Counted from the first letter of the stretch, positions 39,171 through 53,918 are shown. The stretch: DNA of 64,000 bases from Octopus sinensis (GCF_006345805.1 NC_043011.1:50356464-50420463); one strand, 5' to 3'. The notes: a model not told the origin generated them from the sequence alone. Numbers and translations are program-made.

Positions 39171-39813
39171 ACTATCGGCAGAGGCAGAAGATAAACTCCT
39201 CTACTTGGAAATGTTCACACAACGATAGAAACTAATTACTTCCTTTCAACTTCTCCGAAAACATTTCTGTTGTACAGCATTAGCGACACCGGGACAATAG
39301 CAGCAACACTATCGGAACGGATGAAAGTCGGACACTGCTCTCTTTTGTAATTTACCCATGAAGTTCATTATCAACAAAAGATAATTAGTCAACGGCTAAT
39401 TAGGAGAGTGCAGATTTTCTCAACTGATTGCATGTTCTATTAACACGAAGATTAATTCTGATTGGCCTTCTTGTGAGATAAGTGTGTTACTGATTATTCT
39501 TCTAAAAGACAAAACTTCATGTAACGAAGTCTCGTCATGTTACAAGAAATTTACCGAAGACATTATTCACGTATTCATTTTGTATTTTATCTTTTCCATG
39601 TTTGAGACATGTCACTGCGGCCATGCTGGAGCACCGACATGAAGGATTCAGTCGAATGAATCGCCCATCAGTACTTATTTTTCTAAAAAGCCCGGTAACT
39701 AATCTATTGGTCTGTCTGGACGAATCTCTAGATTACGGTGACGTAAACAAACCAACAACGATTGTCAAGCGGTGATGGGGACAAACACAAAGACATTCAT
39801 AGATACATATATT

Positions 39814-39886
<73 letters not shown>

Positions 39887-40220
39887 ACAATAAAGCCCGA
39901 TTCTGGAGAGACAGATACGTCCGCAGGTGGAGGATGCAAAGCCTTGCTACTGTTGATTTTCAGAATTCTGCTCGTGGCGCCGGGTGCGGCGTGACCCACT
40001 CACTTTGCAGTTGATCTTCTTGGAGATTGGTGGAGCCATTCATTCGAGACTGTTGGGAGGGATATGAAACACTTTTTGCGTAGCCTTGGGGTTAGTTGCG
40101 TAGTGGTTTAGAGCGCGGGCTACTAATCCATATGCCCATGGCGTAGTGAGTAAGAGCGTGGTAATATTATTATTATTATCACCATCATCATCATCATCAT
40201 CATCATCATTATCATCATCT

Positions 40221-40305
<85 letters not shown>

Positions 40306-40451
40306 CATCATTATTATTATAATCATTATTATTAAGGCGGCGAAGATTCAGAGTCATTAGCACGCCGGATGAATTGGTAAGTGGCATTTCTTCTGATTTT
40401 ACATTTCAATTCCACCAAGGATGACCTTGCCTTTCATCCTTCAAGATAAAT

Positions 40452-40484
<33 letters not shown>

Positions 40485-40485
40485 T

Positions 40486-40578
<93 letters not shown>

Positions 40579-41590
40579 CAGATAGATAGATTCAGGATAT
40601 CAATTTAACATACATATATGAAATTATTCACACTTTTTCTACATGAAACTCTAACAACACTCTATTTTAATTACTAATTAATAATGCACGTAGCCAGTGA
40701 ATGAACTAGTATGCAAATGCGTAAAACTGGCGCCCGCTACTTCTTACATATGACATATACTGTAAGGCGCCTTCTTTCTTGTAGGAACGATAACACATAT
40801 CTATATATGAGGGAAAGTCATTTTCTTATTGTGCCTTATAATTTAATACATTCACCGGGGAAATATCCACTTACTTCTTATTTTTATTTTCCTAAAACTT
40901 TCGTTGCGTCTTGCAACATTTTCAATAGTCCTCACTCTCTGTCCACTGCGTTCATTTTTTTTTGTTTGTGTGCGCATCCATACATGCAAACACATAGAAC
41001 ATATATATTTGTCTACACACACACACACACACACACACCACATATATATATATAGATATATTATATATATATATATATATATAATGATAAATCTCAGAGC
41101 GAGTTATAACCAGTAGCGGTAACACATCGTGACGTATATTTGCCATTTGAATATGGCTAACCCCTAAGGGTGGATGCTGCTGTAGTTTGCAGCCCCAGGA
41201 AGACAGAGACAGTGTGTGTGACAGAAAGTGTGTCTATAGCCAGCTGAAATGTATATGAAATGTATATGAAATATATATGAGACGCAATGGCCCAGTGGTT
41301 TGGGCAGCGGACTCGCGGTCGCAGGATCGCTGTATCGATTCCCAAACCGGGCGTTTTGTGTGTTTATTGAACGAAAACACCTAAAAGCTCCACGAGACTC
41401 CGGCAGGGGGTGGTGGCGACCCCTGTTGTACTCTTTCGCCAAAACTTTCTCTCATTCTCTCTCTTCCTGTTTTTCTGAGTAACACTGTGATGGACTTGAG
41501 TTCCGCCAGCTGGGGGAACACATACGCCACAGAAACCGGGAAACGGGCCTATGAGGCTGGCTAGGCTTGAAAAGGGCGACGTTTATCGTT

Positions 41591-41632
<42 letters not shown>

Positions 41633-41817
41633 TAAGTGCATACCTACATTTATATATACAATTTATATGTGATTTAAATATAATACGGTATACAACGTTA
41701 TACATATGTGTGTGTGAATTGCCTACGTGTGCATGTCACAAAATTCCCCGAAACTAGAATACCTTAATTAAATGTTATCGTCATACACAGACAACCAATG
41801 AATACACAGACACACAT

Positions 41818-41917
41818 NNNNNNNNNNNNNNNNNNNNNNNNNNNNNNNNNNNNNNNNNNNNNNNNNNNNNNNNNNNNNNNNNNNNNNNNNNNNNNNNNNN
41901 NNNNNNNNNNNNNNNNN
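41818..41917. other. Assembly gap (100 N)
   Basis: Direct. Confidence 1.
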
Positions 41918-42543
41918 CATCTACTCCGTATTTCATACACACACACACACACACATACACACACACACACATACACACACACACACTACACACACACACA
42001 CACACACACCATATATATATATATATATATCTATATCTATATATATATATATATACTTATATATTTATAAACATATACATATCTATTTATATTTATGTAT
42101 ACATACACATACACACACGCACATCATATACTCACTTATCTTCACTCACTTTATGTGTGTATGTGTATACATGTATAATTAAAGCTAATAAATATACTAT
42201 ATATATATATTATATTATATATATATATATAAATGAATACTTGTTGATATGCATATATGTATTCCATACATGTATGAATGTATGTATTTATGATTTATGT
42301 ATGGGTACGCATGTTTGAATGACTATGCCATAGCTTTGAGGAACCCTTTTTTTTCTGATTCTCCGATATACATGGATCTATACGGATTGTGATCCTATAC
42401 ATGCCGACAAGCATTAAAATACAACACTACATGGATTTTTTCCTCGTCCTGTTTTCTTTGTTATTTATTTACATATGCATGTTCGCACACTCACACGCAC
42501 AGTGGAACTTATGAACAACTCATGCAAATATATATACATTATA

Positions 42544-42581
<38 letters not shown>

Positions 42582-42865
42582 TATATATATATACTATTAA
42601 TATATATACATATACATTATATATATATATTATATATATACGCATAGATATTATATATATGTAAGTATATATATACACATATAAATGTATGTATATATAT
42701 ACGTATGTATATCTATGTAGAGAAGTCGTGGGTGATGAGAGGAGACAGTATCAACTGGTACGACCACGTGAGCGTGTATTATGTGGGGAGAATTCACAAA
42801 AAAAAAGACAGGTGGTGTAGAAAACAAACAGATGTATTAGTATAACGCTCGGGAATTGAAAAAGT

Positions 42866-42901
42866 CTTTAACGTTTCGAGCCTATGCTCTTCCACAGAAA
42901 A
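42866..42901 (-). ncRNA. Minimal hammerhead-like motif, CUGUGGA core, zero-loop helix III (family A element 42785-42965)
   Basis: Minus strand: tttt CTGTGGA a gagc-atag-gctc GAAAC GTT aaag. Confidence 0.6.
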
Positions 42902-43060
42902 GAACACAGAAAGAAACAAGGAGAGAAACAAGAAAGAAAAGAATGTGTGTAGTGGCTAGCGATACATAACACCACACACACCACACACACACACAGACAC
43001 ACACACACACACCACACACACACACCACACACACACCCACACACACACACACATATATTA

Positions 43061-43092
<32 letters not shown>

Positions 43093-44084
43093 TAATATGT
43101 AGAAAGATACAAACTGGGACAAGAACGTAAAACATTTAGAAGACGATACAAAAAACACGGGCGGGACATTCGAAGCCTTCAATCTTCAGTCAAGAACCGA
43201 TCATCCTAGCAATTTCGGCTGATTAAATATAATATATATATATCTAAAGAAATAGGAAAGAGAACAGGACGCAGAATGGATGATAGTCATATGATTCATA
43301 TTCACTTTACAAAGGCTGGAAATCAAGATCAGCAAGAATTTTACTCTAGAAATTACCTGAAACTTTAAACAACAGGAAAGTCTAATTACATCATAGTATC
43401 ATTATAGGTGACAGAAACTGAAAGAAACCCGTCGTACATATGTGTGTGTGTGCGTGTATGTGTGTGTGTGTGTGTGTGTGTATGTGTTTATCCCCCAACA
43501 TCACTTGACAACCGATGCTGATGTGTTTACGTCCCCGTAATTTAGCGATAGAATAAGTACTAGGCTTAAAAGAATAAGTCCTGGGGTCAATTTGCTCAAC
43601 TAAAGGTGGTGCTCCAGCATGGCCGCAGTTAGGTGACTGAAACAGATAAACGAATATATATATATATATATATATCCATGCGCCTAACAATTCTTTTTCT
43701 CTATTAACCTATCTACATACATACGTACATACCCGTATATACACATTACATATGGAAATATATAAATACGGTATATGTGTGTGCGTACATGGGTGTGTCT
43801 GTCGTGTGTGTGTGAACGTATCTATGTATACATATTCTGTTCAATTCGTATCGAACAGGTCTAGTGTGCAATACGTTATCTTGCGAAGATTTATAATTCA
43901 CATAAACTGTCCGATCAATAAAAGATGATATAACTGATGTCAGAGACGTTAATTCCAATGTTTGTCTTAATAACATCATTAAGTAAATGAATTATTTACA
44001 TTATTACCTGATCATTATATTGATACTGCTTCTTCTGTTGTTTGTATAATTTGCTTGTTTTAAAGCGGCAACGTTTAGTGTTTA

Positions 44085-44482
44085 CTAGCAGTATCGCCCG
44101 GCGTTGCTCGGGTTTGTAAGGGAAATAACTATATAAGCATTTTTAGAGATGTAAAGTATAATAGCCATCTCAATATGGCTAACCACAAAGGGGGTGGTTT
44201 ACTGTAGCTTTTTACGTTCTGAGATTTAATAATACATTTTTAGAGAGTTACTTCCCTTATATAATAGCAAAAAATGCATTAAAAATGGGAAAAAATTACG
44301 GTAATTTTTTTTTTAAATCGTAGACTCATCGTAGATGCGCGCTAATACCCAGAAGGGCTCGATATGAATCACGACTATAAGATACCCACTTTTGGTTAAA
44401 CTGCACCGCAAAATGTGGGAGTAGTTAGGAATCTAAATCGTAGGAGACAGACAGCACACAACCTCACTTTTATATATAAAGA
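44085..44482 (-). mobile_element. Non-autonomous Helitron
   Basis: Minus strand starts TC, ends with hairpin cccg-agcaacgc-cggg then CTAG, inserted between A and T. Confidence 0.85.
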
Positions 44483-45476
44483 TTACATTATACATACATA
44501 AACACAGGCACGCACACATACGTACACACAGAAGTGGAAATACATATTCACATGCATACACGCAAGCACACACAGGCGCCATTATTCTCCTAATATAGCC
44601 CCGTTATATTTGGCGTAGATTCCCCCTCATTCAGACTCTTTTATTCTCGAAGAGTCTATCACATACTCGTTTGAATATCACGACCCGCCTAACGGTGGCG
44701 AGCTAGCACAGCCATTATTAGCACGCCGGACAAAAAGCCTAGCGGCATTTTATCCGTCCTTACCTTCTGAGTTCAAATTCCGCCGAAGTCGACTTTGCCT
44801 TTCATACTGTCGGAGTCGATAAAATAAGTACCACTTGAGTGCTAGGGCCGATGTAACCGACCAGCCCCTTTACCTTAATTCCAAAGCCTAATCTCTATAA
44901 TAAAAATGACTATTATTAATATTCCGCCGAAATCACTTCGTCTTTCATACTTTCGGGTTCGATGAAATGATTCCAGTTGAATACGGGGGTCAAACCCTTC
45001 CCCCGAAATTGCTGGCCTTGTGTCAAAATCTGAAATTAATATTACGGCTTGGCTCCTAAAGTCTTCAGCCTATTTCATTCAGTTACAAGCATTCTGTTCA
45101 GGGTTCGAGTTGACGGTTGCGAAGAAGTATGGACACACTATCACTGAGTACTCGTCCCCAGCTGCCACATGCCGAGGGCTTAGCTTGCTGTTTGATTTTC
45201 ATTCTACTTCTTCAACGTTCTTGTACTTCTCTTTCTAGCCTGGATCTCACTCATCGCCTATTACGAATACGTCAACCCAACATCCTCACCTTCTCAAGAC
45301 ACAAATTCTTCAACCCTTATTTGAAATCATGTATGTTGTTAATGTACGCTTACATTATTTTCGAATCGACATTTGTTCGTGGGATATGAACTGAGAAGTT
45401 CGAAAAGAATGATGGATGATGATGGATGTTAGTGTGATACTTGGAAACAACATCGTGTATGAGGAGGGGAGAGATA

Positions 45477-45709
45477 TATTTCTGTTATTGCCCACAAGGG
45501 GCTAAACATAGAGGGGTCAAACAAGGACAGACAAATGGATTAAATCGATTACATCGACCCCAGTGCGAAACTGGCACTTTATTTATCGAACCCGAAAGGA
45601 TGAAAGGCAAAGTCGACCTCGGCGGAATTTGAACTCAGAACGTAGCGGCAGACGAAATACCGCTAAGCATTTCGCCCGGCGCGTTAAAGTGTCTGCCAGC
45701 TCGCCGCCT
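45477..45709 (-). mobile_element. S1 SINE with 17-bp TSD (further copies at about 44693-45030, 47925-48545, 49118-49200, 49700-49890, 61770-61933)
   Basis: TSD tgaggaggggagagata at 45460-45476 and 45710-45726. Confidence 0.92.
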
Positions 45710-46321
45710 TGAGGAGGGGAGAGATAGGATATCTGAAGTGCCGGTTTTGAAGGTGAAGCGAATCCACCAAGGTATGAAGAGAAGAATGCAGTTATGTGTA
45801 TTAGAACAGACAGGGAATGAAGACAGTCGGGGGGGAAAGGAATTTCAGGGCGTCCGTGAGGGACTTTTATATAGTTGGATTGTCCTTACCTGTGAAGGGC
45901 TTTGGCCGTCCTCGAAGAGGCTCAGCAAGCAAAATACTCACAAAAACTCAGAGAGAAGGGAGAGGGAGAGAGAAATACAAACATTAGTTTTTCTTGAATG
46001 CACAGGGATGTTGTGAAGTGCTGTACGTGTTCAGCATCGAATATTTTAAGTAATAAATAATTGTAGTAATTACTTGTCGTTTAACAACCATAATTCAATA
46101 TTGTGAGTAGATAGATAGATAGATAAATTTCTTTATTAGCTACACAGGGCTAGACACAGAGGGGACAATTACAATGTAGAGTTTTTCTTTTCGAGGGGGG
46201 CGAAAACAAAGTAAAAAAAAGACAAAAATAGGGACAACGATCAAAATGGATCGAAATCGTTGGGGATATATGCAAAAAATGTCGAAATAGTACAAAAAGT
46301 TCCTAAGAAATGGGGAGATTA

Positions 46322-46590
46322 GTAGCCTAGTGGTTAAGAGCGAAGGTTACTAACCCCAAGATTCCGAGTTCGATTCCAGGCAGTGACCTGAATAATAATA
46401 ATAATAACAACAACAACAACAACAATATTGAAAAATACCTTTGGAATGAAAACCCAGGTTCGAAATTTCCCCAAGACACCTGATGAAGGCTAGAGGGTAT
46501 ATCAGCGAATCGTTGTTTTAACACAAATAACAACAAACAAGATGAGGACAAATATCCGTCAAATGTAAATAACGTAAATAATGTAAATAA
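46322..46590 (+). mobile_element. tRNA-headed SINE carrying a degenerate hammerhead (46476-46518) and (tgtaaataa)n tail
   Basis: A-box tagcctagtgg, B-box gagttcgattcc, AAT/AAC tract, acac CTGATGA aggct...atcagc GAAT cGTT gttt. Confidence 0.65.
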
Positions 46591-47370
46591 GCAGATAATT
46601 TTTCTTTCTTTCAGAATTCGAAACTATCGTCCACTCTTTCACTTTGGAGAATACGTGTGGATGAGTTATGTAGAGTCATGTAGAGTTATTTGCTGCTGGG
46701 GAAAAAAAAAGTTCTTGTACACGACTTATTGCTATGTTTGTTGGCCTAGTTGTTGTGTATTATCTTGTTGCTAATGTCGACTTTAACATTTGTGTTTTCT
46801 GCCAATAAATTATGTTTTTTCTCCTTGTAAAATGTTAACATTTTGTTGTCTCATTAACTTGCCATTTTTTTAATAAAGAAGAATCTTGTTTATTTTCTCT
46901 GCTGTTAAATTTAACTAATATTTTTTTGTGTGTGAAAATTATTTTCCAATCCCAAATAGCAGTCAAAGTATTAAGGTTGGATGCAAACGCAAAAAATAAT
47001 GCTTGAAAAGTCTTTGACTCACTTCATGTATTGGAGAAGATAAGGAGATCCGTCATTGGTACATTCTCTGGCGCACAGACTTCAAAAGAAATGCTCATAT
47101 TTTCCTTTTATTTAAGCTCGTTAAAATTACAAATGCTGCTTTTCCACGCCGACACAGATAATAATAACAACAACAATAATGATGATCATAACAACTAAAA
47201 TAATGATGATGATGACGATGATGATGTTGAGTTTTTATTTGCCAGAGGGGCACAGATGATGGTGGACAATACAAGAACATTTTAAAATTTGGTTGGAGGT
47301 TTACGTAAAGATGAGAGCAAAGAAATGGAAAAGACACTGAAATGAGATAAAAGCATACATTGTATACAAG

Positions 47371-47580
47371 CTCAACACCATCAATTCACCGCGGGGAAAG
47401 GTCAACGCCATCACGTCACCGTGAAGGAAGTTCACCGTCAGGAGGTTCACTGCGAGGAAAGTTTACCGAGAAAATATATCCATAGTGTCTCATCATTAAT
47501 AATTAAAAACTATTTTATTGATAAATAAAGGGTGAGATGATGACGGTGTATTTTCTCTGCAGCGAATTGATGACGGTGAG
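47371..47580. mobile_element. Small MITE-like element with diverged TIRs and about 15-bp internal repeats
   Basis: ctcaacaccatcaattcaccgc vs gcagcgaattgatgacggtgag; repeated gttcaccg units. Confidence 0.45.
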
Positions 47581-49240
47581 ATTACCAGACATGAGAGTAT
47601 ACAAAGTATGTGATAAAATCAATGATGCAGTCTTCCTGACACGTAAGAGCTTCTACAAAGGAGCAATCAAGAAACCACAGATCCAGCATTAACCTGACCC
47701 CGAAAAGTAGCATCCCTAGTCCAACTTTTCCTCCCCCATCTACAGGCGCATGCTTAGAGTAAGTCCAATCACGCTAACCATTTTTGATACAGTCACCCAC
47801 CTTTTCACAAATTCACCAGGAGATTGAGCCGTTCCCTCTCCTTACTTACTTTTCTTTCCAAATAGAACTTCAAAGAGCCGATGAGGGCTTACACTGAATA
47901 ATAATGAAGCACAAGACCTAAAATATTGAGGAGAGGTTTAGTTGGTTACATCGACCCCTACGCCTGACTGGAACGTAATTTTGTTAACTCTGAAAGGATA
48001 CACAGCAAAGTATACTTTGGCAGTATTTGAAATCAGAACGTAAACATCTAGAACAAATACTGTTGAGCATTTTGTTCTACGCGCTCTCGATTCTGCTAGT
48101 TCACTGGTTTAATAATGATGACAACAACAGAACAACAACAACGGCAACGACGATGATAATAATAAATCAGCGAGTTCACATAAACGCTAGCACACCGCTA
48201 CGTTCTGAGTTCAAATTCCGCCGAGGTCGACTTTACCGTTCATCCTTTCGGAGTCGATAAATTAAGCATCAGTTACGCACTAGGGTCGATGTAATAGACT
48301 TAATCCCTTTGTCTGTCCTTGTTTGTCTCCTCTATGGGCAATAAAGAAATAAAAAATAATAATAAATCTGAGAGTTCACAGAATCGCTAGCACACCGCTA
48401 CGTTCTGAGTACAAATTCCGCCGAGGTCGACTTTACCTTTCATCCTTTCAGGGTCGATAAATTAAGTACCAGTTGAAGATTTGGGTCGATGTAATCGACA
48501 CATCCTCTCCTCCAAAACGGCTTCCCTTATGGCAAAATTTGAAATTATTGTTGTTGTTGTTGTTGTTGCTGTTGTTGTTGTTGTTGTTGCTGCTGCTGCT
48601 GCTGTTGTTGTTGTTTTTGCTGCTGCTGCTGCTGCCGTTGTTGTTGATATTACCATAAATATCTTTATAAATTTGAATATCTACGATTGTGTTTGAATAT
48701 TTAAATTTTCTCACTGTTTATTCAAATATGCAAACATCTCTTTTAACGCAGAAACACACTTCATCGCCTCCGGCGATTCAACTTCAGCATCTTCAAATAA
48801 GCGATTCTCTGTAACTACATATCATACTTTAACATCTTCTAGCTCTTCGTACAGGCAAACATTCCCCCTTCATACCCAAGAAAAAGTGAAGCACCTACAG
48901 AACTCGAAATTCAAAACACTTTCCAGTTATGATAACAAACAAAAGATAAGCAACTGACATGTTTACAAACTGCACTATTACGAAAACTATAAAGCACAGC
49001 AAAGCTTCAATTGATATGGCAAAAATCAATGGTGTACATATTTTCTTTCTGCCGGTATTGAAACAGAAACATGTGAGTCCACCCACCCCAAATCTACCAC
49101 ATCTCTCATTAATACATCAGCGAGTTCACAGAATCGCTAGCACACCGCTATGTTCTGAGTTCAAATTCCGCCCAGGTCGACTTTACGTTTCATCCTTTCG
49201 GATAAGCAGCTGAAATAAAATTATAATGGAAGGAAACCAC

Positions 49241-49295
<55 letters not shown>

Positions 49296-49302
49296 TAATA
49301 AA

Positions 49303-49351
<49 letters not shown>

Positions 49352-49393
49352 TATAATAAAATAATAATAATGATAATAATAATAATAATAATG

Positions 49394-49458
<65 letters not shown>
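49241..49458. repeat. (AAT)n directly followed by (ATT)n, a self-complementary microsatellite
   Basis: Polarity switch at about 49412. Confidence 0.9.
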
Positions 49459-49974
49459 GAGTCGCTAACAGGAGGTGTAGTAGTCACCAGAAGATTAGAT
49501 ATCTCACACATAATAGTAGTAATTCACACTATTCCATTCGAACATTTTCTGGCCGAACGGATGCAAACATTCCTTTGTTGGTTCCCTGTCAATATTTATT
49601 TAATCTATTTAAAGGCATATAATATTTAACTGTAGGTCCGCCAACCTCTGTCTTTCTCCTAATACCCCCTCCAATCTAACTAGCCCAAACACAGAACATA
49701 AGAATTTTGAGGGTGAGGTAAGTCGATTACATCGACCCCAGTGCTTGATTGGTAAATAATTTATTGATCCTGAAAGGATGAAAGGCAAAGACGACCTCGG
49801 TGGAACTTGAACTTAGAACGTAAAGACGGACGAAATGCCGCTAAGCATTTTGCCCGGCATGCTAACAATTCTGCCAGCTCATCGCCTTTAAATCCTATGA
49901 TAAGTGGTACAGGCACCATCCAGAGGATGTAGTAAATGACGAGGGTGTCGCCTTCTTTGGAACTTCCCAATACA

Positions 49975-50752
49975 CATTGTAAGACTCTTCAGCCAAGATA
50001 TAGGCATGGAATTTGACATAGATAAGTGTGCAACATTAGTCATGAGAAGGGGACAGGTAGCCAACAGTGAAGGTATCCAATTACCAGATGGCCAGAAATT
50101 AAAATCATTGAAAGGAGAAGAGAGTTATCAGAATTTTAGATTATTAGAAACTGACAGAATACTAACTACAGAAATGAAAACGAAAATTGAGAAGAAGTAC
50201 ATCAGAAGAGTGAGGAAGCTAATGAGATCAAAGCTAAACGGTCCGAATCTAGTGAAGATTGTAAATATATGGGCAGTATCATTAATTATATACTCAGCAG
50301 CTTTTGTAGATTGGAAAAAATCTGAATAAGCAAAGTTAGACAGAAGAACTAGGAAGGAATTCAAAATGAATGGAGGACTCCACCCAAGAGCAGGAGCAGC
50401 AAGATTATACCTGCCCAGAAAGGAAGGTGGAAAAGGGTTAATATCAGTAGAAGAGTGCGTGGAGTTAGCTAGAGTAGATAAAGACTCTTACGTAGGTAAA
50501 TAGTGAAGGAAGTTTATTAAAAGCTGCTTGAGTCACAGTAAGACATAGGGAAACCAAAAACCCAATCGAAGTTAAAAACAAGAATAAAGAACAGAAGTTA
50601 TCTCACTGGCAGGAGAAGGCGTTGCATGGTAGATTCCTGAAGATAGTTGAAGTAAATAGTAGTAGTGACACATGGTTATGGTTGCTGAAAGAGAAGTTGA
50701 AGAGGGAGACAGAAAGTTTGTTAGTAATTGCACAAGATCCGGCATTAATGAC
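49975..50752 (+). pseudogene. R4/Dong-clade LINE fragment (RT C-terminus and thumb)
   Basis: MEFDIDKCA, SKLNGPN, LDRRTRK, RLYLPRKEGGKGL, WQEKALHG, ETESLLVIAQD. Confidence 0.88.
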
Positions 50753-50814
50753 AGACACACACACATATGTGTATGCATGTAAGTTCAGGCACAGTGATGC
50801 ATAAATATACACAG

Positions 50815-52568
50815 ACATGAAAGTAGTAAATAGATACCCTTATAATCATAAAAATTTATTTAAATCTGAAATTATGCATTCAAATTATTTGTTAGTTGTT
50901 ATAATGTGAACATTTAATATTTAGTAGACATGCTCTTTGCATTGTCAATGCAAGGGCCCTATTAGGCATGTTACTGATCAGATGGTGAATATTCTTGCGG
51001 AATCTTTTTGCTTTCATGCAATAATCTCAAAATTTCTGGCTTTGAAGATGCTTTCTTGTTCTGTTTATGAAATGCCCTGTCCATTATGCCCCGGAGGTGT
51101 TCTGTAGGGTTCATATCTGGTGACTGGCTTGGCTATGGAAGCTTTCTAATGCCATTCTTTTCCAACAAATCTTGGGTCATTTTAACCGTGTGATAAGGAA
51201 TCCCATCTTCCATAAATAGTCTTCTTTGATAAAGAACCAAAAGAATACCCTCCACCAGGCATTTGCCATATCCTGAACGCCTTACTTCCCTGGGCATGGA
51301 CACATTGAAACTCCGACGTCTGGCAGCTGACCTGGCAGACACCCATAAAATCATCAACCATCGCACAAACAATAACACTGAGCACCTCTTCAAACTCCAC
51401 CCATCTAACACCCGTGGACATATTTACAAAGTAAGAAAACAGCACAGCTCCCATGACTTCAGGAAACATTTTTTCACGCTGAGAGTTGCTGAAGCGTGGA
51501 ACAAACTGCCGGCATCGGTTGTTAGTTGTCGGGGCACTGCATCCTTCAAGACTTCCATGCTTCCTGAGATTCGCCAACACTACACTTGATTTTCTCCCCT
51601 CCATACACACACAAGCATGTTCACTTTCCAGACATTTCTACATTACTGCATGTACTTTATATGCACTTTCTGACAAGGTGTGGTGCACCTGAGCACTGTA
51701 TACAATAATTTCATTATTATTATTATTATTATTATCATTATTATTATTATAATTTCCCCACTGGAGAAGTTTGGAAGGAGTCCTTTCTGCAATATGGACA
51801 CATATTTATTTGAGTTTCTGGTTCCCTCACACTCCACCAGCTCTGATCAACTATTACTCCAAATTGTTCCCCAGACCATCACAAAATAGCTGCTATGTTT
51901 CATTGCTGGTTGCAATCTTTTCACATCAAATTCTTGATCACAGTCTCCAGACCCACACTCGACCACTGTTAGGGAAATACAGCAAATCCGGACTCATCAA
52001 GCAATATGACAGTGTCCCAAAATGCTCATGGCTTCTCCACCAACTCACTGGCCCTATATTTTCTCAGCTTCATATTGGCTGGGTAAAGATGTGGCTTCCT
52101 TCTTCCTGCTCTACCATATTAACCAAGTTTGTAGAGATACCTGGCAGCTGTTCTGGGACTGACATCAACTTGCTCTGCTATGTCAGAGGCCTTGCAACGG
52201 GGATTATCCTCCACACTTCTCTTAGCAAAGAGAAGGGTCCTGTCACAGGGCCCTGGTTGAACTGGGCAAGGTGATGTGAACTCCTTCCCCTCTCTAGTGA
52301 ATATAGAAAGCGGGACCTCTCTATTAAATATAGAAAGCGGGACCCCAAGGTTTTCTGCGGTTTTACGCTGACTATATCCACCTTCAGAATGACCCACGAT
52401 ACGGCCTCTTTGAAATTCAGACAGTTCCAAAGCTTCTTTTGTATATGGCATGATTAAACAGTCGCATATAGAAACTGAAACATAAAAATGTCAATTAATA
52501 AGAAACATAAAACTTTACAAGTTAAAATAAACAGAAAACGATGTTTTATGGGGTGTCTATTTACTTCT

Positions 52569-52572
<4 letters not shown>
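50815..52572 (-). mobile_element. Decayed Tc1 (DD34E-type) transposon interrupted by a CR1 LINE
   Basis: ELSEFQRGRIVG N-terminus, LLDES, MEDGIPYHT, PSQSPDMNPTE; TIR remnants agtaaatagataccc / gggtgtctatttact. Confidence 0.85.
51233..51750 (+). mobile_element. 5'-truncated CR1 LINE with (ATT)n tail
   Basis: YPERLTSLGMDTLKLRR, TRGH, RKHFFTLRVAEAWNKLP; uninterrupted ORF 51263-51589. Confidence 0.9.
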
Positions 52573-52641
<69 letters not shown>

Positions 52642-52798
52642 GACTGAGTGGGGTTACAGCTACAAGAAAGAGAACACAATACCTGATTAAAGTATAGATT
52701 TTTAACGACAATTCTTGACGGTGCAATATATGTTTCTGTGTCTGTGTGCGTGTGTGTGTATATGTATGTATGTATATATGTAATATAGTATATATGTA

Positions 52799-52848
<50 letters not shown>

Positions 52849-53586
52849 AATATATATATTATAGGACCTCTTCCAGTTTCCTTCTATCAAATCCACTCAC
52901 AAACATTTGGTCGAGACAAGGTACTGAGAAGCTCTCAGAAAACTAATTTACCCATCTAATGATTAGACAATTAATATTGTGTCGTGGGATACGAATATTC
53001 TCAACGTTACAGCTTTATGTAAATGAACTGTGTGTGTCGCATGTATTGCTTATAACATGTAATCTTCCGGTAATGTCATCAGAGGTGATATTCGCGGCAC
53101 CAGTTGAAGCTTCATGCATAATGGAAGAATAATTACTACTTCGTTCGATAAATATGCATAGCTGCCACAATAGACCCTCCTGGGCGAATTTCGCTGACGT
53201 GGCTAAATAGAGTTGGAGTTTAATCTGGTAATTTCATTACACGGTAATAACTTAAACGTTGTTCCTTTTTGATGCAGATGAGGTCTCTGGGGGATTTAGT
53301 ATTTCATTGTTCTATCCTTTAATTGGGAAGAAAGAGGGAAAGAAAGACAGAAAGAAAGGAAATATAGAAAAAAGAAAAGAAGAAAGAATGGAAGGATAGA
53401 CGGATGGAAGGATGGAAGTGAACGCTTCACTGGTGGAGTCGAGGTAGGACGGTATCCTCACACTGAAGACCTTGATTGTGCACTTGCACATTAGTGGCCC
53501 CTAATGGACGCCAATGCCACTTTTGCTGAACTGCTAATTTGGGGGGAAGTTAGACAGCAATGGGTGATAGAAAGACATACACAAAC

Positions 53587-53623
<37 letters not shown>

Positions 53624-53624
53624 C

Positions 53625-53683
<59 letters not shown>

Positions 53684-53688
53684 CAGAC

Positions 53689-53743
<55 letters not shown>

Positions 53744-53750
53744 CAGATAG

Positions 53751-53781
<31 letters not shown>

Positions 53782-53885
53782 GGTATAGATAGATAGATAG
53801 ATAGATAGATAAAGATAGATAGATAGATAGATAGGTATAGATAGATAGATAGTTAGATAGATAGATAGATAAATAGATAGATAGG

Positions 53886-53916
<31 letters not shown>

Positions 53917-53918
53917 AT

